Below are positions 9,213 to 18,337 of a DNA stretch of 64,000 nt, in pieces. The stretch covers positions 90,394 to 154,393 of the forward strand of contig JBNRMN010000020.1 of the NCBI GenBank assembly GCA_050309605.1. The letters are read 5' to 3'. Below the pieces are notes generated by a model. It was not told where the DNA came from, made no database searches, and was given only the letters and a program-made list of their open reading frames with translations. The position numbers and the translations under genes are program-made. The DNA is from Anaerohalosphaeraceae bacterium (lineage in GTDB: Bacteria; Planctomycetota; Phycisphaerae; Sedimentisphaerales; Anaerohalosphaeraceae). The stretch's first letter is position 1. Each line of letters opens with the position of its first letter.

Positions 9213-10295
9213 ATGAAAAAGGATACAACCCAATCGAACCGCCGGTCCGCCTGCTCCGGCTCAACCGGACAAAACTGCCGACTGGATCTGATCACGCCGC
9301 TGGCCAAAAAAATCAACTGTCTCGATGTCAAACGCATTGCCGACATCTGCGTCAACGAAATCCCGCAACTGGTCGGGGCGCGGCTCGCTTCGCTGTATAT
9401 CCTTGACGAAAACAGTGATATCCTGCATCTGGAAAACAACAACCATCCGTTTCTCATCAATAACATCGTCTCGCTCAATCAGAATCCGCCCTCACCGATG
9501 GTCGCAGCAGTGCGGAGCCAGGAGCTTCTGATCATCGACGATGTGGATACCCACACGGCCCCGAATATGAAACACACCCAACGGTCGTTTTCGAGAAATT
9601 ACAGTACCAAAAGCTGCATCATCGCCCCGCTGATCTGCCATGGGCGCGTCGTAGGCGTGCTGAATCTGAGCGACAAGACCGATGGAGAACGCTTTAACGA
9701 GGATCAAATCGCCATTGTCGAGCTGTTTCGTCAGCTTGTGGGCGCCTCCATCGGCAACATCAAGCTGTTTGAAAAGACCCAGCGACAGGCCAAGACCGAC
9801 GGTCTGACGGGCATGCTCAATCACCGCACGTTTTATGAGACGTTGGAGGCGGAATTGCGGCGTACCCAGCGTTACGGCAGACGACTGTCGATCATTATGG
9901 CCGACGTGGACAATCTCAAGCCCATCAACGACAGTTACGGCCACCGCGCCGGCGATATGGCCATCAAGCAGATCGCCCGCCGCATCGGGGCCTGCATTCG
10001 GCAAATTGACGTGGCCGCCCGCTACGGCGGCGATGAGTTCGCCATCATATTGCCGAACACCTCACTGGCTGATGCAGCGGTGGTCGCCGAGCGTATGGTG
10101 ACGATGGTCAAAAGCACGCCGATGATCTGGGAACAGCACAAAATCGACCTGTCCGTCAGCGTCGGCGTCGGACAATACGACGGCCACAGCGGGCCTGGCG
10201 AGGTCGCCCGCACCACCGACCGGGCACTGTATGCCGCCAAACAAGCCGGCAAAGGCCGCGTCTCGGTGTTTGAAATGACCGCCGCCGCTCAATAG
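9213..10295 (+). CDS. GAF-domain diguanylate cyclase
   Basis: GAF (CIIAPL..GRVVGVLNL), TDGLTG, DVDNLKPINDSYGH, intact GGDEF with an RQID (RxxD) inhibitory site. Confidence 0.93.
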   Translation: MKKDTTQSNRRSACSGSTGQNCRLDLITPLAKKINCLDVKRIADICVNEIPQLVGARLASLYILDENSDILHLENNNHPFLINNIVSLNQNPPSPMVAAVRSQELLIIDDVDTHTAPNMKHTQRSFSRNYSTKSCIIAPLICHGRVVGVLNLSDKTDGERFNEDQIAIVELFRQLVGASIGNIKLFEKTQRQAKTDGLTGMLNHRTFYETLEAELRRTQRYGRRLSIIMADVDNLKPINDSYGHRAGDMAIKQIARRIGACIRQIDVAARYGGDEFAIILPNTSLADAAVVAERMVTMVKSTPMIWEQHKIDLSVSVGVGQYDGHSGPGEVARTTDRALYAAKQAGKGRVSVFEMTAAAQ

Positions 10296-10363
10296 TCCCG
10301 TATGAACATAAACGGAAGGTTCGTCCGTCCGGTTTTTCGCAGTCGGACAACCGTTGAACTTCC

Positions 10364-12730
10364 TCATTGAATCTTAAAGGTCAGCGTATCTGCCTTGAGA
10401 TCGTCCGACCGCGCGGTCAGGGTAAATTGTCCCCGTTCGGCACCGGCCCTGACCCACACATAACAACGTCCCTGATAGGCGCTGCGGCCATTGGCCCGAA
10501 ACGATTCATGGGAGAAGACATCGGCGTTGTCCACCGCCGCGATAACGCCCGGCTCATCCACTTCAAAGGCCACCTGGTTGCGAGCGGCGGGAACGAGAAC
10601 GCCGTTTTCATCCACGATCTGCACTTCCACCCGCACAACGTCGTCCCAGTTCATCGTCAGCGTCGAACGCGGGGCCAGCAATCGCACGCCCGCCGGTTGT
10701 CCGGCTGTTCGATGCGCATTGACCGCAACGACCTTATCGCCATTGGAGCCGACCGCCCGAATCACGCCCGGCTCAAATTCCACCTGCCACGTCCGCGGCG
10801 AATCATCGTCGGGCTTTGTCTGTGTCCCCAGCGAACGCCCGTTAAGAAACAGCTCGACCGATTCGCAATTGCTATAGACATCCACCGTCTCGGTATGCGG
10901 CTGACGATTCATCGGCGTCCAGTCGGAAAACTCTAGCACGCGAAAACGGGCATCGGTACTGGCCTCATAGCCCGGATCAATCGGCGACGGTTCATTGCGT
11001 CCAATACGTCGAACGAGATGCACCATCGGCTCATCCGCCCACCAGCTTTGACGCTGATAGGACCGCGAGCGCAGCCCGCCGGCCCGGTCGATGATGCCGA
11101 ACGGCGTCGAAATCGCCGGCCACTGACGCGATTCGCCCAGATAATCAATCCCGCTCCAGATAAACTGCCCCGAAAACGGAGGATGATCCCGCATGGCCAG
11201 CCACACATTGAGATCATGTGAATTTTCCGTACCGAGAATTTTTCGCTTCGGGTTTTGCCGGTACGCGGCCAGCAGTTCGTTTTCACGGTAATTTTGACCG
11301 ACGACATCCAGCATATCCGCCAGCCCGTTGTCATAATCGCCGCTGACATTTGGCCTGAACAGTCCCTGTGTTACCGGTCGGGTCGGGTCTTCGGTATGAT
11401 AGACCTCAATCAGTGACGCCAGGATACGTTTGGCCCGCTCCGGTCGCGGCGTGTCGCGTATCTCGTTGCCGGCGCTGTATATGATGACGCTTGGATGGTT
11501 TCGGTCGCGCCGCACCGTGTGGCGCGTATCGGTCAGCGCCCATTCATCAAAGAACCGGTGATAGTCGCCCCGCCGCTTGCCGACCTGCCAGACATCGAGA
11601 AATTCATTCATCACCAGAAAGCCCATCCGGTCGCACACGTCCAAAAATTCCGGCGCAACGGCGTTGTGAGCCGTGCGGATGGCGTTGACACCCAGCGAAC
11701 GAAGCGTTTCGAGCCGATCACGCCAGACCTGCAGCGGAACCGCCGCTCCAAACGCCCCGCCGTCATGATGAACGCACGCTCCTTTGATCTTGAGATTTCG
11801 CCCGTTGAGCCAAAAACCGGTGGCCGGCTCAAACCGGAACTCTCGAATCCCGAAGGGAATGATAACATCGTCCAGCGTCTTGCCCTCCGAGATGACTTTG
11901 GTATGGGCGGTGTAAAGCACCGGGGATACGATATCCCATCGCCGCGGCTCGCGCACGATAAGATTCAACTCAAACGACTCGGTTTTTCCCGCCGCAATCG
12001 GTTTGGCCGGCGAGGTACTCCGCGCAGCCGTCGTGCCGTCCGGCGTATAAATAATCGTCTCGATGGAAACGCCTCGTGCGGTCGCGGCCGCGTTGACCAC
12101 GTCCGTCTGCACTCGGATTGCGGCCTGGTCATCCGTTATCTTCGGCGTCGAAACAAACGTGCTCCACTGTCCCAGTCGCACCGGGTCGGTCGCAATCAGC
12201 CGCACATGACGATAGATTCCCTGGCCGGTGTACCACCGCGAATCCGGCTGCATCGTGGTGTCGGTTCGCACCGCAATAACATTCGTCTGACCGGAGGGCT
12301 TCAAATGCGGCGTCAGTTCATACCGCTGACTGACGTAGCCGCTTGGCCGATGGCCGAGCCGGTGGCCGTTGATCCAGACGGTGCTGTTGGCCATAATGCC
12401 GTCAAATTCGACAAACACCTGCTTATCCGACCATCCCAACGGAACGGTAAACGCCTTGCGATACCAACTGATTCCCGTCGGCAAAAATCCGCCGTCGCCG
12501 CCGCAGGGCGCATCCGGTGAAAATGGACCGGCAATGCTCCAGTCGTGCGGCACATCGACGGTCTGCCACGAATTGTCGTCAAAATCGGGCTTTTCAGCCG
12601 CATCCGCGTCCGCCTTCATAAAACGCCAGCCGGAATTAAACGACTCAACCTGACGGGCCTCAAGCGACGGTTCGCCTACCACCGGAACGCACAGACAAAA
12701 CAAACTCGAAATCAGCATTATCTTTTGCAT
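10364..12730 (-). CDS. glycoside hydrolase family 2 (beta-galactosidase-like), secreted
   Basis: VPHDWSI, NAIRTAHN, RDRNHPSVIIYSAGNE, GTEN. Signal peptide; GGAGG RBS before ATG 12730. Confidence 0.92.
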   Translation of the reverse strand: MQKIMLISSLFCLCVPVVGEPSLEARQVESFNSGWRFMKADADAAEKPDFDDNSWQTVDVPHDWSIAGPFSPDAPCGGDGGFLPTGISWYRKAFTVPLGWSDKQVFVEFDGIMANSTVWINGHRLGHRPSGYVSQRYELTPHLKPSGQTNVIAVRTDTTMQPDSRWYTGQGIYRHVRLIATDPVRLGQWSTFVSTPKITDDQAAIRVQTDVVNAAATARGVSIETIIYTPDGTTAARSTSPAKPIAAGKTESFELNLIVREPRRWDIVSPVLYTAHTKVISEGKTLDDVIIPFGIREFRFEPATGFWLNGRNLKIKGACVHHDGGAFGAAVPLQVWRDRLETLRSLGVNAIRTAHNAVAPEFLDVCDRMGFLVMNEFLDVWQVGKRRGDYHRFFDEWALTDTRHTVRRDRNHPSVIIYSAGNEIRDTPRPERAKRILASLIEVYHTEDPTRPVTQGLFRPNVSGDYDNGLADMLDVVGQNYRENELLAAYRQNPKRKILGTENSHDLNVWLAMRDHPPFSGQFIWSGIDYLGESRQWPAISTPFGIIDRAGGLRSRSYQRQSWWADEPMVHLVRRIGRNEPSPIDPGYEASTDARFRVLEFSDWTPMNRQPHTETVDVYSNCESVELFLNGRSLGTQTKPDDDSPRTWQVEFEPGVIRAVGSNGDKVVAVNAHRTAGQPAGVRLLAPRSTLTMNWDDVVRVEVQIVDENGVLVPAARNQVAFEVDEPGVIAAVDNADVFSHESFRANGRSAYQGRCYVWVRAGAERGQFTLTARSDDLKADTLTFKIQ

Positions 12731-12784
12731 GGTAACTGCCTCCATAAACTCTTAAAAAACCACTGTTTCTATGGCACAGCCATT

Positions 12785-14008
12785 TTAACCGCGTTTCGGC
12801 TTGTTTTCATCAAGGATTTCAATGTCTTCGGGACTTTTGATCCGATAGCGAATACCCCGCCAGACGATGGTTCGTCCGACGGCGGACGAAAGTATAACCA
12901 CCAGCAGGACAATCCCCCATATCCAGAATCCCAGCCAGTCGGCCCACCGCGCCGCGCGCAAGGCCTGTTTGTCTTTCGACAGCAGTCGCGCTGCCAGTTC
13001 CTGTCGAATAATCGCCCGAAAGATCTGGCTGCTCAAAAAGACCACAAATGCAAGGGCATATTCTGCCCGATACGGCGCGCTGACCGCCTGCCCCCAGATG
13101 GTCAGCGCCAGTGTGCCCCACAAGCCGACCACCGACAGCAGCGCCCCGGCCAGTCCGAACAGCCACAATCGCGGCGCATAGACCCGCGTAATGATAAACT
13201 GCCGCCGTACAAATTCCCACAACCGGCCCCATCTCATGGATTGATATGAGGCAATCATACACGCCGGGGCAAACCGCGTTCGCAGCCCGTCCCGGCGAAT
13301 CGCGCGGCTCAGCGACAGATCGTCGCTCAGCGCCCGACGCCAGATGTGCTCGATGCCGAGGCGTTCAAAATCGCTGCGGCGAACCGCCATTGAACCGCCC
13401 CAGGCTAAATTAAACCGGGTATTGCCCAGCAACTGACACACTTTCGCATTCATCGCCGACAGGGCCAGCGTGGCCGGATGTCTGTCCTTGGGGACAAACC
13501 AGCGATATCCGCTGGCCAGACCGATATGTTTTTTACGCAGCGGAGCGACCACCTGACAGAGCCAGTCCGGACCGGCGCAGGCATCCGAATCGGCAAACAC
13601 CAGCACCTCGACATCCGGCGACATCTGATGAACCGCAAACAACAAATTATGCAGTTTTTGGCTGCAGCCCGCCGTCCGACCGGCCACCAGAATCCGCACA
13701 TCCGAGGCCTCGGAACGACTGCGATGGCGCGCCTTGAGCCTCAGCAGCACCTCGTAGGCGGCATCGTCGCGACTTTCAACGACAAACCACAGCCGATATC
13801 CTGCGTAGGCTTGCTCGTAAAACGACTGGATGTTCGCCTCGAACGCTTCATCCAGCCCTTTACACGGCACAATTAAGACGCAGTGCGGCCGAAAGGTGCG
13901 CTCCCGCCGATATTTTTTCATCGCATAATGAAAATTGCTGTACACCTGAACGGTAAACGCAATTTCCACTACGATCAAAATCCCGATAATGAGTTCAAGC
14001 CAACCCAT
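12785..14008 (-). CDS. membrane glycosyltransferase, GT2/GT21 (ceramide glucosyltransferase/HpnI-like)
   Basis: IVPCKG, QKLHNL, FADSD, WGGSMA, SDD, RRQ. N- and C-terminal TM helices. Confidence 0.85.
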   Translation of the reverse strand: MGWLELIIGILIVVEIAFTVQVYSNFHYAMKKYRRERTFRPHCVLIVPCKGLDEAFEANIQSFYEQAYAGYRLWFVVESRDDAAYEVLLRLKARHRSRSEASDVRILVAGRTAGCSQKLHNLLFAVHQMSPDVEVLVFADSDACAGPDWLCQVVAPLRKKHIGLASGYRWFVPKDRHPATLALSAMNAKVCQLLGNTRFNLAWGGSMAVRRSDFERLGIEHIWRRALSDDLSLSRAIRRDGLRTRFAPACMIASYQSMRWGRLWEFVRRQFIITRVYAPRLWLFGLAGALLSVVGLWGTLALTIWGQAVSAPYRAEYALAFVVFLSSQIFRAIIRQELAARLLSKDKQALRAARWADWLGFWIWGIVLLVVILSSAVGRTIVWRGIRYRIKSPEDIEILDENKPKRG

Positions 14009-14016
14009 TGATGCTC

Positions 14017-14028
14017 AAAAAAAAAAAA
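14017..14028. repeat. A12 homopolymer just upstream of the glycosyltransferase start
   Basis: 12 consecutive A at 14017-14028. Confidence 0.9.
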
Positions 14029-14068
14029 CAATCCCTACCATTGTTTGCTGACGGAAAAATACAAACAT

Positions 14069-14097
14069 TTGACATCCATGATTTAGATTTTTAAGAT
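14069..14097 (+). promoter_or_regulatory. candidate sigma-70 promoter
   Basis: TTGACA-N17-TAAGAT upstream of the CDS at 14172. Confidence 0.6.
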
Positions 14098-14171
14098 GCA
14101 CAAAACTATACTTAGAACCGGATACCACTGCAACTGAATTCTTACCGCCGACATAAGAGGCCAACAAATAG

Positions 14172-14888
14172 ATGACGATACCTGCTGATAACGGTCAAAG
14201 AACATCCCAAACGCTTGCAGGCGTTCTGAAAGCCGCGCTGCGCGACGGGGAGCGGTTTTGTTACATTAAAACAGCGAACCATTTCGCCCTTTTCGACAAA
14301 GTGGACATTGACCCATCTGAAGCCAAAGAATTTATCAGGCAACTTGACGCCCTGACCGGTTCGGCCCGATTGCTGAAAAACGGTACCACGTGCTTTGTCT
14401 CGGCTGTCAGCCTGCATGGACGGGACTATGTCGTCAAGCGATACAACCCCAAGGGACTGCTGCACAGCATTCGACACACCCTCAAACGCTCCCGCGCCCG
14501 CCGGGGCTGGCTGAACGCCCATCGACTGCGGTATTTGGGCATTCCGACGCCTCGACCGGCGGGATTTATCGAAGAATACGCCGGCTTTCTGCTCAAGCGT
14601 TCCTGGCTGATTACGGAGCTGGCACCGGGGCCGAAGCTGTATGAATATTTGGCCGACAGTGAGATCTCAAAAGACCAGAAAACGAAGATAATCGATCAGG
14701 TTTTTGATATATTGACCCGGCTCGACCGACATCGCATCACACACGGCGACCTCAAGCACGCCAATCTCATCATCACCCCCGACGGGCCGACGCTGATTGA
14801 TTTAGACTCCCTCAAAATACATAAAACAGGGATTTTTTACCTTTATCATCGCAAAAAAGACCTCAACGCCTTTGATTTCACCGCGTAA
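14172..14888 (+). CDS. lipopolysaccharide kinase (Kdo/WaaP/InaA) family protein
   Basis: YVVKRY, SRARRGW, GIPTPRP, HGDLKHANL, LIDLDS. Confidence 0.85.
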   Translation: MTIPADNGQRTSQTLAGVLKAALRDGERFCYIKTANHFALFDKVDIDPSEAKEFIRQLDALTGSARLLKNGTTCFVSAVSLHGRDYVVKRYNPKGLLHSIRHTLKRSRARRGWLNAHRLRYLGIPTPRPAGFIEEYAGFLLKRSWLITELAPGPKLYEYLADSEISKDQKTKIIDQVFDILTRLDRHRITHGDLKHANLIITPDGPTLIDLDSLKIHKTGIFYLYHRKKDLNAFDFTA

Positions 14889-15048
14889 TCCCCTCCGACC
14901 GCCGCGCGGGTGTTTGTAAATTCAACACATCCGGTGTATGGAATGCAGACACCGCCGGGGAAAAATAAACCGGCAAAAACACTTAAAAGCCGCATTTGCC
15001 TCGCCGAATCAACGATATTATCCCCATCAAACTCAACATCAGCGATGA

Positions 15049-15064
15049 TGGCACAATGTTTGCA
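15049..15064 (+). promoter_or_regulatory. sigma-54 (-24/-12) promoter of the TPR/flagellar-gene operon
   Basis: TGGCAC-AATGT-TTGCA, with exact GG-N10-GC spacing, 65 bp before ATG 15129. Confidence 0.8.
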
Positions 15065-15128
15065 CACCTGATTTGTCGAACTAATAGTGCGCGATGAGAA
15101 TACCGGCAAAACGACCTGACAGGTTAGA

Positions 15129-17606
15129 ATGAGCAGCAATAAAAACGACAAATCGAAAAACCGGAATGAGGTTCCGAATCTCTCGGAGCTTTTCAGCGAC
15201 GATGTCAAACTGGATACGTCCGCCGGTGACCTCTTCAGCGGCCCCGTGTCCGGACTCAATGACGACAAGGCTTATCTGATGCAAGGCAACGCCGGGCCTC
15301 GTCAGGCCGACAGACGTTTCGCGGCCGCATCTTCCAGCTTCACACAAATGATACTGATCCTTAATATCGTTGTCCTGACCGGCATTCTGGTTTATCTGGT
15401 ACGCCGTCCGTTCGGCGTGATTTCAGCCGCTGGTGAGGCACCGACGAAATCAGCGGAGTCGGCCCGCCCTGCTCTGTCCGCGGCGGCATCTGAGGCAAAT
15501 GATGCAACCGACCCGGCGGCGCTGGTCAAAACGATGGAGTTGGGACGGCATACCACCGACGTGCTGGACGGCGCTGTCTCGCTGCAAACCGCCGAGAGAT
15601 TGTATGCGTCCAAAGAATACCTCAAGGCCGCCTATGTCTATGAGCGGCTGCGAAGCCATCTGACGCTGCGGACCGACCGGGACGAGGCGCTGGCCGATTG
15701 GTTGACGCTTCAAATGGCGCTGTGCCTGCAAAAAACCCAGGAACAGGAGTTAATGGCCGAACTGTTTACCCGCGCCCTGAACAGTCGTTCACCCGTGGTT
15801 CGGGCGCTGGCCAATTACAATCTGGCCTTTATCCAAAACCATAACCGCAATTTTCTCGAAGCCCGGCGCCACGCTTATCAGGCGATGGCGCTGTTGAAGA
15901 CGATTGAAACGTATATGCCGACAACGCTGGAGGCGGACTGTTATTTTCTGGCGGCTGAGTCGCTGACCCGCTATCTGCTGCGAATCGGCAACCAACGCGA
16001 CGACCTGCCGGGCAACACCTGGTCGGACGCACAGCCGATTTATTCGCTTCCGATTACCGACCAGGAACAGTTGGGGTATCTGCTGACCGAAGGCATGGAT
16101 CAACTGAGCAAATCAGCGATTGCGCCGCTCGTGGCATACGATCCGCAGCGTTCCATCGGCGCCCAGTGGACGGCGTATGCCCTGGACGCACCGCTGGATC
16201 AGCTTTTATGGCAATACGCCTCGGAAGCCAAAGTCACCCTGAATTTAAACAATCTGTCGTCCTCGGTCCGACAACACAAGACGATGGTGTATTTGCCGCT
16301 GGTGGATCGCAACTATCTGGCCGAAGTGGCGGTCGGCGCCGCCGGATTGGTCTGGCGGTTTGACGGGCAAACCGGACAAGTGTATGATATTTCGACATTT
16401 GAGCATTCCGATGCACTCCAATCCGTGCTTGTTCGTGAAGCGGCCGCGTCATGGCAGCGCTTCCTGCTGCGGCATCGCGACGACCCGCGCAAGCCCAATG
16501 CACATTATTGCCTGGGTCAGCTTCACACCATGGCCGACCAGGCGGCCACGGCGCTGGGCGAATATAAACTGGTGGCAACGCAGTATCCCACCCATTCGCT
16601 GGCGCCTTATGCACTGCTCGGCTCCAGCAGAATCAAAACAACCCTTCGCGATTTCAAGGGCGCCCAGACCGATCTGAACGAGTTATTGATTCGTTATCCC
16701 AATTCACGAATCACCGATGAGGCGCTGCTGTCGCTGGCCGAGGCGACGATGGAAAACGGCAATTACGCTGAAGCCGCCGAGCTGTTTGGCCGCGTGTATC
16801 ATTTGATTATCAATCGCCGCGCCCGCCTGCAATCCGTATTCGGTTTGGGCAAATGCGCCTACGAACAGGGACATTTTGCTGAAGCGGCCAAGTGGCTGAC
16901 CGAAACCCTGTCGCTGTTTACCGACAACAGCGACAGACGGCTGGCGGCAGCGTGTTTGATGCTCGGACGGGCATTGATCCAAACCGAACAGTACACCGAG
17001 GCGGCCAAGGTACTGCACAATGCGCTGGGCGCCAAACTGGGCAATCGGGAATATGTCCGGATCGCCCTGAATCTGGCCGAGGCGGAGATGAAACAGCAGC
17101 ACTATTTGGGGGCACTGGAGATTTTTGAACGCATTCCCGAATCGCGGCTGACTCAGGAAGATTCGGTTGACGTGATGATTGCCAAAGCGCGGCTGTATCG
17201 ACAGATTGACATACCGACGCCGGCAATTGCTCTATTGCGCCGAAAAATTGAATTCATCGCCGAGTCGCGGCTGCGCGCCCTGCTGTCGCTGGAGCTGGCC
17301 GAGTGTTACCTGCAAAACGGTGAACTGACGCCGGCTCGGCGCGAGCTGAATGAGGCAATGCCGCATTTGCCGACCGGCCGCGAAACCCGCCGAGCAATGT
17401 ATTTGCTGGCCCAAATCGCCTACCGCAACAACAATCACAAACAGGCCGAGGCGATCTGTCTGGATGTAATGAAACAAGGTGTTGAAGACGAATCGCTGCG
17501 TCGTGAAGTGCTTGGTCTTCTCGGAACACTCTATACCGAACAGCAAGCCTACGACCGCGCGGCGATGGCATACGCCGGTTTGCTGGAATCCCTGGACGTG
17601 CAATGA
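15129..17606 (+). CDS. single-pass membrane protein with large TPR region
   Basis: One TM (MILILNIVVLTGILVYLV). Repeated TPR/YbgF-like helices (NAHYCLGQ..YP..LAPYALL; YPNSRITDEALL). Confidence 0.8.
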   Translation: MSSNKNDKSKNRNEVPNLSELFSDDVKLDTSAGDLFSGPVSGLNDDKAYLMQGNAGPRQADRRFAAASSSFTQMILILNIVVLTGILVYLVRRPFGVISAAGEAPTKSAESARPALSAAASEANDATDPAALVKTMELGRHTTDVLDGAVSLQTAERLYASKEYLKAAYVYERLRSHLTLRTDRDEALADWLTLQMALCLQKTQEQELMAELFTRALNSRSPVVRALANYNLAFIQNHNRNFLEARRHAYQAMALLKTIETYMPTTLEADCYFLAAESLTRYLLRIGNQRDDLPGNTWSDAQPIYSLPITDQEQLGYLLTEGMDQLSKSAIAPLVAYDPQRSIGAQWTAYALDAPLDQLLWQYASEAKVTLNLNNLSSSVRQHKTMVYLPLVDRNYLAEVAVGAAGLVWRFDGQTGQVYDISTFEHSDALQSVLVREAAASWQRFLLRHRDDPRKPNAHYCLGQLHTMADQAATALGEYKLVATQYPTHSLAPYALLGSSRIKTTLRDFKGAQTDLNELLIRYPNSRITDEALLSLAEATMENGNYAEAAELFGRVYHLIINRRARLQSVFGLGKCAYEQGHFAEAAKWLTETLSLFTDNSDRRLAAACLMLGRALIQTEQYTEAAKVLHNALGAKLGNREYVRIALNLAEAEMKQQHYLGALEIFERIPESRLTQEDSVDVMIAKARLYRQIDIPTPAIALLRRKIEFIAESRLRALLSLELAECYLQNGELTPARRELNEAMPHLPTGRETRRAMYLLAQIAYRNNNHKQAEAICLDVMKQGVEDESLRREVLGLLGTLYTEQQAYDRAAMAYAGLLESLDVQ

Positions 17607-18337
17607 AACAAAAACGACATTATTATCATATCGTGTTTTGGTGCATTGCCGCGGCGGCGGCAACGACGAGGGCGTCCGATCCCAATACCGTCCTTGATCA
17701 GTCCCGCACGCTGCGTCGGCAGTTTATGGCGCACACGCTGTCGGCGGTATCGGAAAAGACGCCCGACGAACAAGAAGCAACACTTGCCGAGTTGATCGAA
17801 CAGGTGTTGTCGCTGCAAGCGCCGCGAACAAAGGATCCCAATCAACCGGCACCGTCATCTTATGCCGCAAATGACGATCCGAATTCAAAGCCGCTCGAAC
17901 ACAAAACAAGCGCCCCGTCGTCCGCAAAACAAACCACCGAGCAGCAAACCGATGCCGCAACAAAACGGCGGAACCATCTGATTGAATGGCTGAGCACAAT
18001 CGAGGCCCCTGAATCGATCCCGTACCCGAAGGAATTGGCGGATGTGCTGTATCGGGCGGGCCGGCTTGAATCGGCGGCGCGCTATTATGACATCGCGCTG
18101 TTGCAAACCTCCAAAGAACAGGCCCCGATGTATTCGTGGCTGCTGTTTCAATCCGCCAATTGTGTACGTCACACCGACACAGCCAAAGCCAAAGCCCGAT
18201 ACGAGGAGTTGATTCAATTGTATCCCAACTCCGTCTGGGCCGCCGCGGCGCAGGGGCGGCTGCGGATGCTGAACTGGCTGGAAACAAACCAGACGCAGGT
18301 ACAACAACACACGACAATACGGAGCGAGAATGAATAG
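17603..18337 (+). CDS. secreted TPR protein
   Basis: Signal-peptide-like N-terminus, low-complexity linker, C-terminal TPRs (YEELIQLYPNSVWA). ATGA overlap with the upstream gene. Confidence 0.75.
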   Translation: MKQKRHYYHIVFWCIAAAAATTRASDPNTVLDQSRTLRRQFMAHTLSAVSEKTPDEQEATLAELIEQVLSLQAPRTKDPNQPAPSSYAANDDPNSKPLEHKTSAPSSAKQTTEQQTDAATKRRNHLIEWLSTIEAPESIPYPKELADVLYRAGRLESAARYYDIALLQTSKEQAPMYSWLLFQSANCVRHTDTAKAKARYEELIQLYPNSVWAAAAQGRLRMLNWLETNQTQVQQHTTIRSENE

